A DNA stretch of 64,000 nt from an uncultured Actinomycetes bacterium (GCA_902826025.1 CADEDH010000010.1:55146-119145); one strand, 5' to 3'; shown: positions 43,080 through 52,324, counted from the stretch's first letter. Numbers and translations: made by a program. The notes: generated by a model not told the origin, from the letters alone.

Positions 43080-44621
43080 TCAGGTCGCGAGGCGGAGTGG
43101 TCGTTGAGCCCGCTCGTGGTAGCGCGAGGCCAGAGCGTCGACGATCCCCGGATCCACCATCGGTAGGCGGCGGGAGAAGGAGGACAGTGCATCGACGAAC
43201 TCACGCTCCATCTCCCGCTCGTCGGCCAGGACCGGGCTGCAGTCATCGACGATCAGGCGACCGCCGACGAGCACCGCTTCCACGTCGGCTGAGCATCCGG
43301 CCGTCAGCAGCGATTCGAGCGGCCGCGGATTGAGCACATAGCGCCAGTCATCGACGGGGATCAGGACGACATCACCCTCGTTCCCGACCCGCAACGAGCC
43401 CAAGCCCGCCCAGCCCAGACCACGAGCGGCGTCCGCCGTGCCCATGGCCAGCGCTCGACTGGGCGACACCAGGGTGTTGTCGCCGGCGATCTCGTTGTGG
43501 CCCTGCCACGCCGCCCGCATGTTCTCCAACATGCCGCCGAGTAGCACGGGGGCCCCGTCGGTCGATACCGATACCCGGGCGCCGGCCTGGACCTGGCCGG
43601 TCAACAGCTTCGTCCCGCTCATGACCGACTCGCCGGAGCTCCCGTACTTGGCCGGCGAGTGGTCGAAGTGAACGCCGGCGCCGACCAGCTGGCTCACCTC
43701 GCCGTCGTCCAGGTAGGAGCAGTGGACCGCCGTGAGCTGGCTGGAGAGGATCCCCAGCCGGCGGAGCCGCTCGACCGGGCGGGCTCCGAAATAGGAGGCG
43801 ACGAAGTCGGCCTCGTTCCGCAACGCACCCAGGTGGGTGGCAAACCGCGTCTGATGCGAAGCCACGATGGCAGCCAGGCCCTCGCCCAGCTCGTCGGACA
43901 TGTTGGTCGTGTAGACGGCGGACGGGCGGGCCATCAACCGGCCACTGGGGTCTTCGGCACAAAGCCGGAGCACCTCGTCGAGCTCGCTCAGCACTGCCTC
44001 CACCTCGACCACCCTCGTCGGCTTGGCCTCACCTGGGCGGCACACCACGTCGGCGGCCCATGTGCTGATGGCACCCCGCATGCCGAGCTTCAGCACGCCG
44101 GCGGCCAGCGCCTCCGGCCGATTGAGCGAACCGAGATCTCCCACTGCCGTTACCCCGGTCCTCAACTGCGTCCACAGCGAATAGCGGGCGATCGCCTCCG
44201 CCTCGGCTGGTGTGAGGGCGTCGATCATCTCGCGTGATCGGCAGAACATTGCCGAGATCGTGTGCATGTCCCCACCGCCGGCAAAGAAGCCGGGCTGATC
44301 GGCACAGTCGTTGGGCGCCCGGGTCGCCGCCCCGAAGGCCATGCGGGAGGCGAACATGTCATGCCAATGGCCGTTGACGAAACCAGGAAGTACCAGTCGA
44401 CCGCGGGCGTCGACGGTCGACGTACGACTCTTCCCTTGGCGAATGATGGTCTGGAATGATCGTCGCACTTCGGAGGTGGCCCCGACCTCGGCGATCCGAC
44501 CGTCGACGATCAGCACCGACCCCTCGGGAATGATCGTGTCGTCCTCATCGGCGGTGTAGACGAAGCCCCCGTCGACGAGGACGACGTCGGCTTCCGCGTC
44601 GTCTCGATGTGAGCTGATCAT
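43080..44621 (-). CDS. Amidohydrolase-superfamily metalloenzyme (chlorohydrolase/deaminase-like fold; candidate NatAM/BomN-type benzoxazole cyclase)
   Basis: LPGFVNGHWHD (HxH), FATHLG, TAVHCSYL and VSVSTDGAP (Asp) together form a complete metal-ligand set. The ATG overlaps the upstream stop (ATGA at 44618-44621). Confidence 0.8.
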   Translation of the reverse strand: MISSHRDDAEADVVLVDGGFVYTADEDDTIIPEGSVLIVDGRIAEVGATSEVRRSFQTIIRQGKSRTSTVDARGRLVLPGFVNGHWHDMFASRMAFGAATRAPNDCADQPGFFAGGGDMHTISAMFCRSREMIDALTPAEAEAIARYSLWTQLRTGVTAVGDLGSLNRPEALAAGVLKLGMRGAISTWAADVVCRPGEAKPTRVVEVEAVLSELDEVLRLCAEDPSGRLMARPSAVYTTNMSDELGEGLAAIVASHQTRFATHLGALRNEADFVASYFGARPVERLRRLGILSSQLTAVHCSYLDDGEVSQLVGAGVHFDHSPAKYGSSGESVMSGTKLLTGQVQAGARVSVSTDGAPVLLGGMLENMRAAWQGHNEIAGDNTLVSPSRALAMGTADAARGLGWAGLGSLRVGNEGDVVLIPVDDWRYVLNPRPLESLLTAGCSADVEAVLVGGRLIVDDCSPVLADEREMEREFVDALSSFSRRLPMVDPGIVDALASRYHERAQRPLRLAT

Positions 44622-45940
44622 GCTGCTCGACCCCGACCGAACACGACGGCGTCATCCCAGCTCTCACCGGGTCCGTACAGCGATCTCGGCTTGCGGGACT
44701 GGGCCGGGTCCAAGAGGAGCTCGGAGGGTACCAGGGTGCCCTCCGGCACCACGTCGACCGAGCTCGGTACGCCGAGGTGCTCACGTATGCCGCTCAAGAG
44801 CTTCCCGGCCACGAGGGCCGGCGACGCTGAGGACTCGACCTGAACCACCAGTTGATCCAGCTCGGCCCGAGAACGCCAGAACATGACGCCGAGCTCCGGG
44901 GGGAGAGAGAACACCACCTGTTCCACGTCGAGTTGGGTGACCGCCCTGCCCTTGACGGGGTAGCCCTGCGCCGACCGACCGAGTACCTCGATGATCGGGA
45001 GCTTCCACCCGCACGCACAATCCTCGTAGGAGAGGCGCACGAGATCCTCGACGTTGTATCGCACCAGTGGCATGGCGCGGAGATGGAGTGGGGTGAGCAC
45101 CAGCTCGCCCTCGCCATCTCTCCTGATCTGACCGGTCGCCTGGTCGAGTACCTCGCCCTTGACCCGGTCGGCCCACAGGTGGAGGCGGTCGGCCTCGCAC
45201 CTGCCGGCCAAGCTCCCCAGCTCGGAGCACCCGTACTCGTCGATGACGGGGACGCCCCAGATGCCGGAGATCCTCTGCCGGCGAGCCGGCGACAGGGGTT
45301 CGCCGCCCACGAACAGGGCCCGGAGCGAGGGGAAGTCGACCTTGGGATCCAAGCCGGCCGCGGCGGCGGTCGCCGCCCACAACAGACAGTCCGTCGGATT
45401 CGACCAGGTCAACGTGACATCGAGCTCCCGCAGGACCCGTACGACACGGGTGAACGGCATCAATGACGAGCGATTGTCACCAGCGATCGCCGTGGCCCCC
45501 GCCGATTGGGCGGTTCGGGCCACCAGGTGAGCCGCCATACCCAGCGCGTACGGACTACGAACGAACACCACGTCGCTCCCCGTGATGCCGAAGGTCTTGC
45601 GGGCGAAGCGATCGGTCAGGTCCTGCCAGTCAGACGCACAGTAGTAGGCCGGCGTCGGTGCACCGCTGGACCCGCTCGACTCGAAATACGAGTCCAGCTC
45701 GGCTCGTGGAACGGCCAGCAACTCGAAGGGGTAGCTGGTCGCCAGGTCCGACTTGCTCGTGGGCGGTAGGGCCCGAAAGTCCTCCAGCGTCCGGGGCTGG
45801 TTGCAGCCACGGCGCCAGGACTCGGCGTAGTGTGGGGCGTTGGCGGCCCGACCGAGTACCGAAGGGATCAGCGCGTCCTGGATCTCCGTCAGCTCTTCGA
45901 ACGTCGCCCAGTCGCCGATAGTGGGCAGTGGCGAACTCAT
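44618..45940 (-). CDS. Phenylacetate-CoA-ligase / coenzyme-F390-synthetase-like adenylating enzyme (candidate NatL2/BomJ-type aryl ligase)
   Basis: FESSGSSGAPTPAYY, FVGGEPLSP, IDEYGCSELG, and a C-terminal PaaK-like domain. GGAGGGG RBS. The ATG overlaps the upstream stop (ATGA at 45937-45940). Confidence 0.8.
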   Translation of the reverse strand: MSSPLPTIGDWATFEELTEIQDALIPSVLGRAANAPHYAESWRRGCNQPRTLEDFRALPPTSKSDLATSYPFELLAVPRAELDSYFESSGSSGAPTPAYYCASDWQDLTDRFARKTFGITGSDVVFVRSPYALGMAAHLVARTAQSAGATAIAGDNRSSLMPFTRVVRVLRELDVTLTWSNPTDCLLWAATAAAAGLDPKVDFPSLRALFVGGEPLSPARRQRISGIWGVPVIDEYGCSELGSLAGRCEADRLHLWADRVKGEVLDQATGQIRRDGEGELVLTPLHLRAMPLVRYNVEDLVRLSYEDCACGWKLPIIEVLGRSAQGYPVKGRAVTQLDVEQVVFSLPPELGVMFWRSRAELDQLVVQVESSASPALVAGKLLSGIREHLGVPSSVDVVPEGTLVPSELLLDPAQSRKPRSLYGPGESWDDAVVFGRGRAA

Positions 45941-47853
45941 GTAATTTCCCCTCCATTGGCCGTGGCGACAAGGTCGACGCCGACAAGCGCTGCGCATTCG
46001 GGGACGAGCAGCTCAACGAGAGAGTCATGCAACACGCTGGCACCGTCGTACGAGAGCACTGACTCGGGATGAAACTGATAGGAGCGGAACGTCGGTCCAG
46101 ACAGGGCGTGGACTTCACCAGTCGGCTCGTCCCGGCTCATATCGACCAGGCCGCCCGCCTTGAGTCGATAGCTGGATGCCTCAGCGCTCCAGGCGCTGAA
46201 GCTGTTGTAGAAGCCCACCGACACCGTCTTGCCGAATAGGTCGACCAGTTGCGCTCGACCCTGATTCGGAGTCTTGCGTCGCCGCACCGGGAGGCCGAGC
46301 TGGGCGCAGACGATCTGATGGCTGAGGCACACAGCCACGAACGGCTTTCTCATCGCCAGCAGCTGGCTGGCGATGGTGTGCAACCGGGCAACTCTTAGGC
46401 TATTCCAGTCCAGCGGACTCCCGGGGCCAGGCCCAAGCACCACCACGTCGTAGCCATTGAGGTTGTAGTCGTCGGCCCAGCGGCGGCGGGTCACGTCGAG
46501 GCCGAGCATGTTGAGCTGATACTCCAGCATTGAGGTGAAGTCGTCCTCGGCATCGATGACGAGAACGGACCGACCATCGAGCACCGCCCCCGGGTGGCGT
46601 TGGGCGTGTGGCTCACGCCAAAAGCCAGCGATGTTCCGGTTGCGGTTGGCCAGCATGTCTCGTATCTCGGCGTCGTCGCCCAATCGCTCCCGGCCCCTCC
46701 CCCGGAGCGCGGCCAGCATGGTCTCGGCCTTCGCCCTGGTCTCGCCGGCCTCGTGCTCCGGCACCGAATGTCGCACGATCGTCGAGCCAACGCTCACCCG
46801 CACAACCCCCGAGGGGTTGATGTCGGCGAAGCGGATCAAGATGGCGGAGTCCATGTTCACATCGCCGTCGACCAGTGCAATCACCCCGGCGTAATAGCCG
46901 CGCCCTTCGGGTTCGTGTCGGGCCACTACCCGGCACGCGTTCTCGATCGGGCTACCGACCACCGTCGGCGCAAACATCGTGGCCCGGAGAAGCTCGGCCG
47001 GACTACGGGACGTGACACCCTCGATGACGTACTCCGTGTGGGCCAGTCGGGCCATTTCCCGCAGGTGCGGCCCCACCAGGGCGATACCGGAGTCACACAC
47101 CGTTGTCATCATCTTCAGTTCCTCGTCCACCACCATGAAGAGCTCGTCTGACTCCTTACCGTCTCGAAGGAAATCGATTACGCCTTCACGGCTCGGCCCG
47201 GCCGCGGGATAGCAGTACGTCCCGCTGATCGGATTCATCTGCAATCGACCTCCCGACAGCACAAGGTGACTCTCAGGCGTCGCCCCCACCAGGGCCCGAT
47301 CTTCTAGGAAGACGAGAAAGATCCAGCGGGCTTCCGGCTCGTCCTCCAGAAGTCGGCCGAACAGAGCCAGTGCATGTCGGGCGCTGTAGTCATCGATCTC
47401 GCAGACGTAGCTCCGTTTAAGCACGAAGTTCGCCCCCTCGCCGTCCTCGATCTCTCTCTGGACCGCCTCTACCTCGGTGCAATACTCCGTGTCGCTACGA
47501 TCGAAGCCGACCTCCGCAATCTTGAAGTCGATACCACTGACGTAGCGGAGCAGATCGGCTTTCGCTATGGTCGTTGCCTCGTCAATTTCCATTCGGATCA
47601 GAGGTGACTTATCGTCAACGCAACAGTATCCGCGCTCGACCACCTGCCGGTACGGGACGACAACGAGCTGAGGCCCCGTCGTGGCCGCACTTATCTCGTC
47701 GAGTCGACTGAGCTCGCTCACCGGGCCCCGCAGAACCTCCACGGTTTCTTCGTGTGCCCCGCGCCGCCATACAAGGGCGAAGGGCTCTACGTTCTCGCCA
47801 TCACCAATGAGGTCCTGGACAAAGTCTTCAATGTTGCGGGTGGACTGTTTCAT
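45937..47853 (-). CDS. Fused chorismate-utilising (MST) plus glutamine amidotransferase enzyme, PhzE-type 2-amino-2-deoxyisochorismate (ADIC) synthase
   Basis: MST core: GATPESHL...NPISGT...DELFMVVDEELKMM...AHTEYVIEG...FAPTVVGSPIENA...GRGYYAGV. C-terminal GATase: VVVLGPGPGSP...FVAVCLSHQ...YQFHPES. 638 aa, which fits the PhzE-like fusion architecture. Confidence 0.85.
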   Translation of the reverse strand: MKQSTRNIEDFVQDLIGDGENVEPFALVWRRGAHEETVEVLRGPVSELSRLDEISAATTGPQLVVVPYRQVVERGYCCVDDKSPLIRMEIDEATTIAKADLLRYVSGIDFKIAEVGFDRSDTEYCTEVEAVQREIEDGEGANFVLKRSYVCEIDDYSARHALALFGRLLEDEPEARWIFLVFLEDRALVGATPESHLVLSGGRLQMNPISGTYCYPAAGPSREGVIDFLRDGKESDELFMVVDEELKMMTTVCDSGIALVGPHLREMARLAHTEYVIEGVTSRSPAELLRATMFAPTVVGSPIENACRVVARHEPEGRGYYAGVIALVDGDVNMDSAILIRFADINPSGVVRVSVGSTIVRHSVPEHEAGETRAKAETMLAALRGRGRERLGDDAEIRDMLANRNRNIAGFWREPHAQRHPGAVLDGRSVLVIDAEDDFTSMLEYQLNMLGLDVTRRRWADDYNLNGYDVVVLGPGPGSPLDWNSLRVARLHTIASQLLAMRKPFVAVCLSHQIVCAQLGLPVRRRKTPNQGRAQLVDLFGKTVSVGFYNSFSAWSAEASSYRLKAGGLVDMSRDEPTGEVHALSGPTFRSYQFHPESVLSYDGASVLHDSLVELLVPECAALVGVDLVATANGGEIT

Positions 47854-47876
47854 TTCGTGCCTTTCACATTCAAAGC

Positions 47877-48533
47877 TCAGAACAGCTCGACGATTGTTCT
47901 GAAGTCGATCAGTTGAGCGCATCTTGTTGACGCATAGTTGAGAGCCAGCTGATGGTGTTGGGGCGAGAAGTCGGCCACGGCGTCACCAACGAGAAACGTC
48001 TCGAGGTCCCAGCTGAAGGCTTCACACGCGGTCATCAGAACGCCTATATGTGCATAGACGCCGCACACGATCAGTTGGTCTCGCCCTGCAGCCTGGATCC
48101 GCTCCAGGAGGTCGGATCGATGGAATGCGCTGTACCTCCATTTGGTGACAATCCAGTCATCAGCACTGGGTCGGAGGGCGGAAGTCACTCCGCGATCGTT
48201 CTCATCCGACGTCATGCCCCGACCCCAGAAGGCATTGAGCAAGCCTCGGTCTTCGTCGGACATGGAGCCCGGTTGACAGCTGTAGGCAATCGGCACGCCG
48301 GCGTTGACGCAGGCGGAACGGAGGGCCGCGATGTTGGCCACGAGATCACCGACCGGCGGCTGGCCGCCGAAGCCACGGAGGAAGAAGTTCTGCATGTCAT
48401 GGATGAGCAGAATCGACCGGAGAGGATCAGGCTGCCAGGAGGCGGGAGACGGGGGAAACGTCGACCGGTCAGGCATCGGATAGGGCACCGTTTCCAGTGC
48501 CGAACTGACCAGGAGCTCAGTTCCCTCAGACAC
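47877..48533 (-). CDS. Isochorismatase-family hydrolase (PhzD-type, ADIC to DHHA)
   Basis: YPMPDRSTFPPSPASWQPDPLRSILLIHDMQNFF...VPIAYSCQPG...VTKWRYSAF...LIVCGVYAHIGV. Confidence 0.85.
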   Translation of the reverse strand: MSEGTELLVSSALETVPYPMPDRSTFPPSPASWQPDPLRSILLIHDMQNFFLRGFGGQPPVGDLVANIAALRSACVNAGVPIAYSCQPGSMSDEDRGLLNAFWGRGMTSDENDRGVTSALRPSADDWIVTKWRYSAFHRSDLLERIQAAGRDQLIVCGVYAHIGVLMTACEAFSWDLETFLVGDAVADFSPQHHQLALNYASTRCAQLIDFRTIVELF

Positions 48534-49317
48534 CGAGCGTCGCTCCGCCGTCCACGGTGACGTCCTGCAGCGTCATGTGTCTGCTCTTGTCGCCCAGGAG
48601 GAAGAGGACCACGGCCGCGATGTCCTGGGGACTGGCCAGTCGGCCGATCGGGATTCCGAGTCGGAAGGCCTCCGGATCACCGGCGATCGTCGTATGGAGC
48701 TTGTCGGCTCCGTCCCAAGATCGGGACAGCATCGGCGTCAACGTCGAGCCCGGCGAAACGACGTTGCACCGGATGCCGAGCGGCGCCACGGCCAGGCCGA
48801 GGCTTTTGGCGTAGGATGTGGCGGCCGCCTTGGATGCCGAGTAGGCGGCCATACCGGCCCGGGGAACCCGGGCCGCGTTGGAGGAAATGGTCACGATGCA
48901 TCCGGTGCGCCGCGGCAGCATTCGCCTCACTACTTCCTGCGAGACCGCCACCACCCCTCGGGCGTTCACCGCCATGCAGTAGTCCCAGTCGGCCAGGTCC
49001 AACTCGACCGGGTCGGCGGTGGTCAGCACGCCGGCGGCGTTGACAAGCAGGCCGATCGGCCCGACCTCGCGCTCGACGCGCCCCACCGTGATTCGGACCG
49101 ACTCGATGTCGGTCACGTCGGTCGCGAAGTCGACCACCTGGGACCCACCGGCCACGTGGCCCAGGAGTCGGGCCAAGGCGTCACTATCGCGGTCCACGGC
49201 GGCGACGGTGACCCCGTCGTCGACGAGGGCCTGGACGACGGCCGAACCGACTCCGCCCGCCGCCCCGGTGACCAGTGCGACCGGTCGCTGGCCGTCGCGG
49301 CTGTGGTGACCCGTCAT
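48526..49317 (-). CDS. Short-chain dehydrogenase, EntA/DhbA-type 2,3-dihydro-2,3-dihydroxy(amino)benzoate dehydrogenase
   Basis: VALVTGAAGGVGSAV, NAAG, YSASKAA (YxxxK). The ATG at 49317 overlaps the DAHP synthase stop (ATGA). Its 3' end overlaps the isochorismatase start by 8 nt. Confidence 0.8.
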   Translation of the reverse strand: MTGHHSRDGQRPVALVTGAAGGVGSAVVQALVDDGVTVAAVDRDSDALARLLGHVAGGSQVVDFATDVTDIESVRITVGRVEREVGPIGLLVNAAGVLTTADPVELDLADWDYCMAVNARGVVAVSQEVVRRMLPRRTGCIVTISSNAARVPRAGMAAYSASKAAATSYAKSLGLAVAPLGIRCNVVSPGSTLTPMLSRSWDGADKLHTTIAGDPEAFRLGIPIGRLASPQDIAAVVLFLLGDKSRHMTLQDVTVDGGATLGV

Positions 49318-50369
49318 GCGATCGTCGACAGAGTGGGGGCCGCGATCCACCGTCGCATGGCTGTGGCGACGGGCCGTAGCTCGGCCATCAAGCTCCTGAA
49401 CTGTTCCGGCAGGATTGCCTGGGCGCCGTCGCATTTGGCGGTCGCCGGGTCGGGGTGGACGTCGATGATGACGCCGTCGGCCCCGGCCGCGAGGGCGGCC
49501 AGCGTCATGGGGGCGATCAGGTTTGGGGCTCCGGTGGCATGGCTGGGATCGACGACCACCGGAAGATGCGACCGTTGCTTGACCAGCGCGACGGCGGCCA
49601 GATCAAGGGTGAAACGGAGCGAAGGATCGAAGCTGCGGATGCCACGCTCGCACAGCACGACGTTCTCGTTGCCCTCCACTAGGATGTATTCAGCCGAGCC
49701 CAGCCACTCGTCGATCGTGCTGCCGAACCCCCGTTTGAGGAGGACGGGCACGTCGCTGCGTCCGAGTTCGGTCAGCAGGCTGTAGTTCTGAGCGTTGCGC
49801 GCCCCGACCTGCAACATGTCGACGTGGTCGACGAGCGCCTCGACGTCCCGGGCGTCGACGACCTCGGACACCACCGGGAGGCCGGTCGTGGCCCGGATCT
49901 CCGACAGGATCTGCAGGCCGTCCGAACCCATCCCCTGGAAGGAGTAGGGCGACGTGCGTGGCTTGAACGCGCCGCCTCGGAGCACCGATGCCCCTTCAGC
50001 TCGCACCGCCCACGCGATCCGGCTGATCATGTCGGAGCTCTCGACCGCGCACGGTCCGGCGATCACCGTGAATCCCGACCCCCCGATCTGAACTCCACCG
50101 ACGTCGACCACGGTGTCACCGGCCCGGGAGCCGCGGTCGACGAGAGGAGCGACGTCGGCGACCGTCACGACCTCGGTGTCTCGGCCAAAGGCGTCCAGGT
50201 CGAACCGCTCGTGATCAACGAGGCCGACGGCCAAGATGGCGTCCTCACCGTTCACCCGAACCGCCAACACCGTGGTAGCGCCGGCTGAGCGCAGCGTGCT
50301 TGCGATCTGGTCGTTCGCTTTACCGGCGGGTGAGACCTCAAGGTCCACCCCTCTGATGAGCACAGCCAT
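49314..50369 (-). CDS. 3-deoxy-7-phosphoheptulonate (DAHP) synthase, type I-beta with an N-terminal regulatory domain
   Basis: VIAGPCAVES...VLRGGAFKPRTSPYSFQG...MLQVGARNAQN...LLKRG...VVVDPSH. Confidence 0.85.
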   Translation of the reverse strand: MAVLIRGVDLEVSPAGKANDQIASTLRSAGATTVLAVRVNGEDAILAVGLVDHERFDLDAFGRDTEVVTVADVAPLVDRGSRAGDTVVDVGGVQIGGSGFTVIAGPCAVESSDMISRIAWAVRAEGASVLRGGAFKPRTSPYSFQGMGSDGLQILSEIRATTGLPVVSEVVDARDVEALVDHVDMLQVGARNAQNYSLLTELGRSDVPVLLKRGFGSTIDEWLGSAEYILVEGNENVVLCERGIRSFDPSLRFTLDLAAVALVKQRSHLPVVVDPSHATGAPNLIAPMTLAALAAGADGVIIDVHPDPATAKCDGAQAILPEQFRSLMAELRPVATAMRRWIAAPTLSTIA

Positions 50370-50491
50370 AGTGAGTCCTTCAGTTGGTCAAACGGTTGTT
50401 CGCAGCACTGCGCAGCTCGCCGCAGCGGCAGCAGTCATGTCGTCTCGGTGGGTCGAACTCCACCATCGATCCCAGGCCATCGACAGGTGCA

Positions 50492-50505
50492 AAAGATCGA
50501 TCTTT
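50492..50505. promoter_or_regulatory. Perfect 14-nt palindrome in the divergent promoter region of the biosynthetic operon
   Basis: AAAGATCGATCTTT is its own reverse complement. It lies in the 335-nt gap between the DAHP synthase (-) and the FAD monooxygenase (+). CCATCGA occurs twice just upstream (50463-50469 and 50477-50483). Confidence 0.3.
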
Positions 50506-50704
50506 CTGCCCACCAAGTGGGATGACCAGATGGCTACTCCCACCGGCCCATTTGGCCGCACCCACGGCTGATCATCGGCCCCTTGCGCCCGGCGTCGTTC
50601 GCCGGGTTAATGAGGTGCGGAGAGACCGCTCCGACCGTCTCGTCCGATTTGTGTTGCCGGTCGCCTCGATCGGCAACTGGCCAGAGCACAACGGAGGCCC
50701 CAGG

Positions 50705-52324
50705 ATGAACCAGCACAGCACCTTGACCGATCGGCCGCTGACGGCGGTGGACGGACTGCCAGTAGTGGTCGTCGGGGCGGGCCCGGTCGGCTCGATTCTG
50801 GCTCTGGAGCTGGCCCGCCATGGAGTCCGGAGCATCCTCGTCGAGCGGCGCCTGGAGCCTTCGAGCCATCCCAAGATGGACTTCGTCAACTCCCGCAGCA
50901 TGGAATTCCTGCATCGCCTCGGGCTGGCCGACCGCCTGTGGGGCGACGGCGTTCCCACGGACCAGGACTTCAGGTTCATCTGGACGGCATCGTTCGGCGA
51001 TGACCTCATCGCTGACTGGTCGTCGGCATCGGTTGACGACCTGCGGCGGGAGATGGCCCGGGTCAACGACGGGACATTGCCACGGGTGCCGTATCTACGA
51101 GTCATCGGCTCCCGGTTGGAGCAGATCACGCGCCGAGCCTGTCTGGACAGTCCCTTGATCGACCTCCGGCTCGGAACGACGTTCGAGGCCCTCGACCAGG
51201 ATGGGAGTGGCGTGACGGTCACTATCACCGACGAGACCGGTCGGTCAGCTTCCGTCCGGGGCTCGTATCTGGTGGGTTGTGACGGGTCCGGCAGTCGGGT
51301 TCGGGACGCGCTTGGTATTCACAACGACGAGATCGGACCCGTCTCTCAGAATTGCAATGTGTACTTCCGCAGCAACGACCCTCGGCTGCTGAAGTACGGG
51401 CGATTCTTTCTCAGTGTGGTTGGCAGCGGGGTGACTCTTGTCACTCGTGATGGTGGCGATACCTGGACTGGTGTGTTTCCCCGATTCGACGGTGCTCCTT
51501 TCACCGACGATCCGCTACCTGTGCTGTGGAGAATGATCGGCCTCGACTTCGTCGTCGACGAAGTGTTGTCGGTGGCCAACTGGGAGAATCGACTGGCTAT
51601 AGCCACCACCTATCGTGAGGGCCGGGCCTTCATCGCCGGCGACTCAGCCCATCAGTTCTTTCCCTCGGGCGGCCACGGCGCCAATACTGGCATCGGCGAC
51701 GCCATCGATCTTGGCTGGAAGCTGGCTGCGACTCTCAGCGGTTGGGCTGATCCCGACCTGTTGCTTTCGTACGAGATCGAACGGCGACCGGTCGCTCAGT
51801 TCAATCGGGAGATGTGCTTCAGCCTCATGGAGGTATGGCGCCGGTTCATCTTCTTGAACAAGGACGGGGCGACATCATCCCAGATCGCCGGATACCTCCA
51901 CCAGCAGAAATTCCATGCCAACAACCTAGGGATCCACCTCGGCTACCGGTATCGGCAGTCGCCGGCCATCTGCCCCGACACCGATCCAGAGCCCGCCTGG
52001 CATTCCGACCGGCTGGTGGCATCGTCGTGGTCGGGGTCGCGGGCGCCCAGCATGCGCAAGGCCGACGGGACCGAGATCTACGATCTGCTCGGGCCCGAGT
52101 TCACCCTGCTCGACTTCTCCCGCGACGGCGCCGGTGAGTCGCTTGCCCACGCGGCCAGCAGCCTCGGCGTCCCCCTTTGCTGGATAACCCTCGACGAGCC
52201 ACTGCTGGCGACAACATACGAGCGTGCCCTGGTCCTGATCCGACCCGATCATCACGTCGCCTGGCGTGGTGACGAACCGCCGGCCGATGCGGTCCGTACG
52301 TTGGCTGGCCTGGTCGGACGATGA
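50705..52324 (+). CDS. FAD-dependent aromatic-ring monooxygenase (PheA/TfdB group A hydroxylase)
   Basis: VVVVGAGPVGSILALELARHG (GxGxxG), LVGCDGSGSRVR (DG motif), AFIAGDSAHQFFPSGGHGANTGIGDAIDLGWKL (GD motif). ACGGAGG RBS upstream of the ATG at 50705. Confidence 0.85.
   Translation: MNQHSTLTDRPLTAVDGLPVVVVGAGPVGSILALELARHGVRSILVERRLEPSSHPKMDFVNSRSMEFLHRLGLADRLWGDGVPTDQDFRFIWTASFGDDLIADWSSASVDDLRREMARVNDGTLPRVPYLRVIGSRLEQITRRACLDSPLIDLRLGTTFEALDQDGSGVTVTITDETGRSASVRGSYLVGCDGSGSRVRDALGIHNDEIGPVSQNCNVYFRSNDPRLLKYGRFFLSVVGSGVTLVTRDGGDTWTGVFPRFDGAPFTDDPLPVLWRMIGLDFVVDEVLSVANWENRLAIATTYREGRAFIAGDSAHQFFPSGGHGANTGIGDAIDLGWKLAATLSGWADPDLLLSYEIERRPVAQFNREMCFSLMEVWRRFIFLNKDGATSSQIAGYLHQQKFHANNLGIHLGYRYRQSPAICPDTDPEPAWHSDRLVASSWSGSRAPSMRKADGTEIYDLLGPEFTLLDFSRDGAGESLAHAASSLGVPLCWITLDEPLLATTYERALVLIRPDHHVAWRGDEPPADAVRTLAGLVGR

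Noticed and set aside
45937-50369. Interpretation of the PhzE/PhzD/DAHP-synthase genes as a phenazine cluster.
   Set aside because: I could not find PhzF-type isomerase, PhzA/B or PhzG homologues in the window. An EntA-type dehydrogenase is present, which diverts DHHA to 3-hydroxyanthranilate instead.
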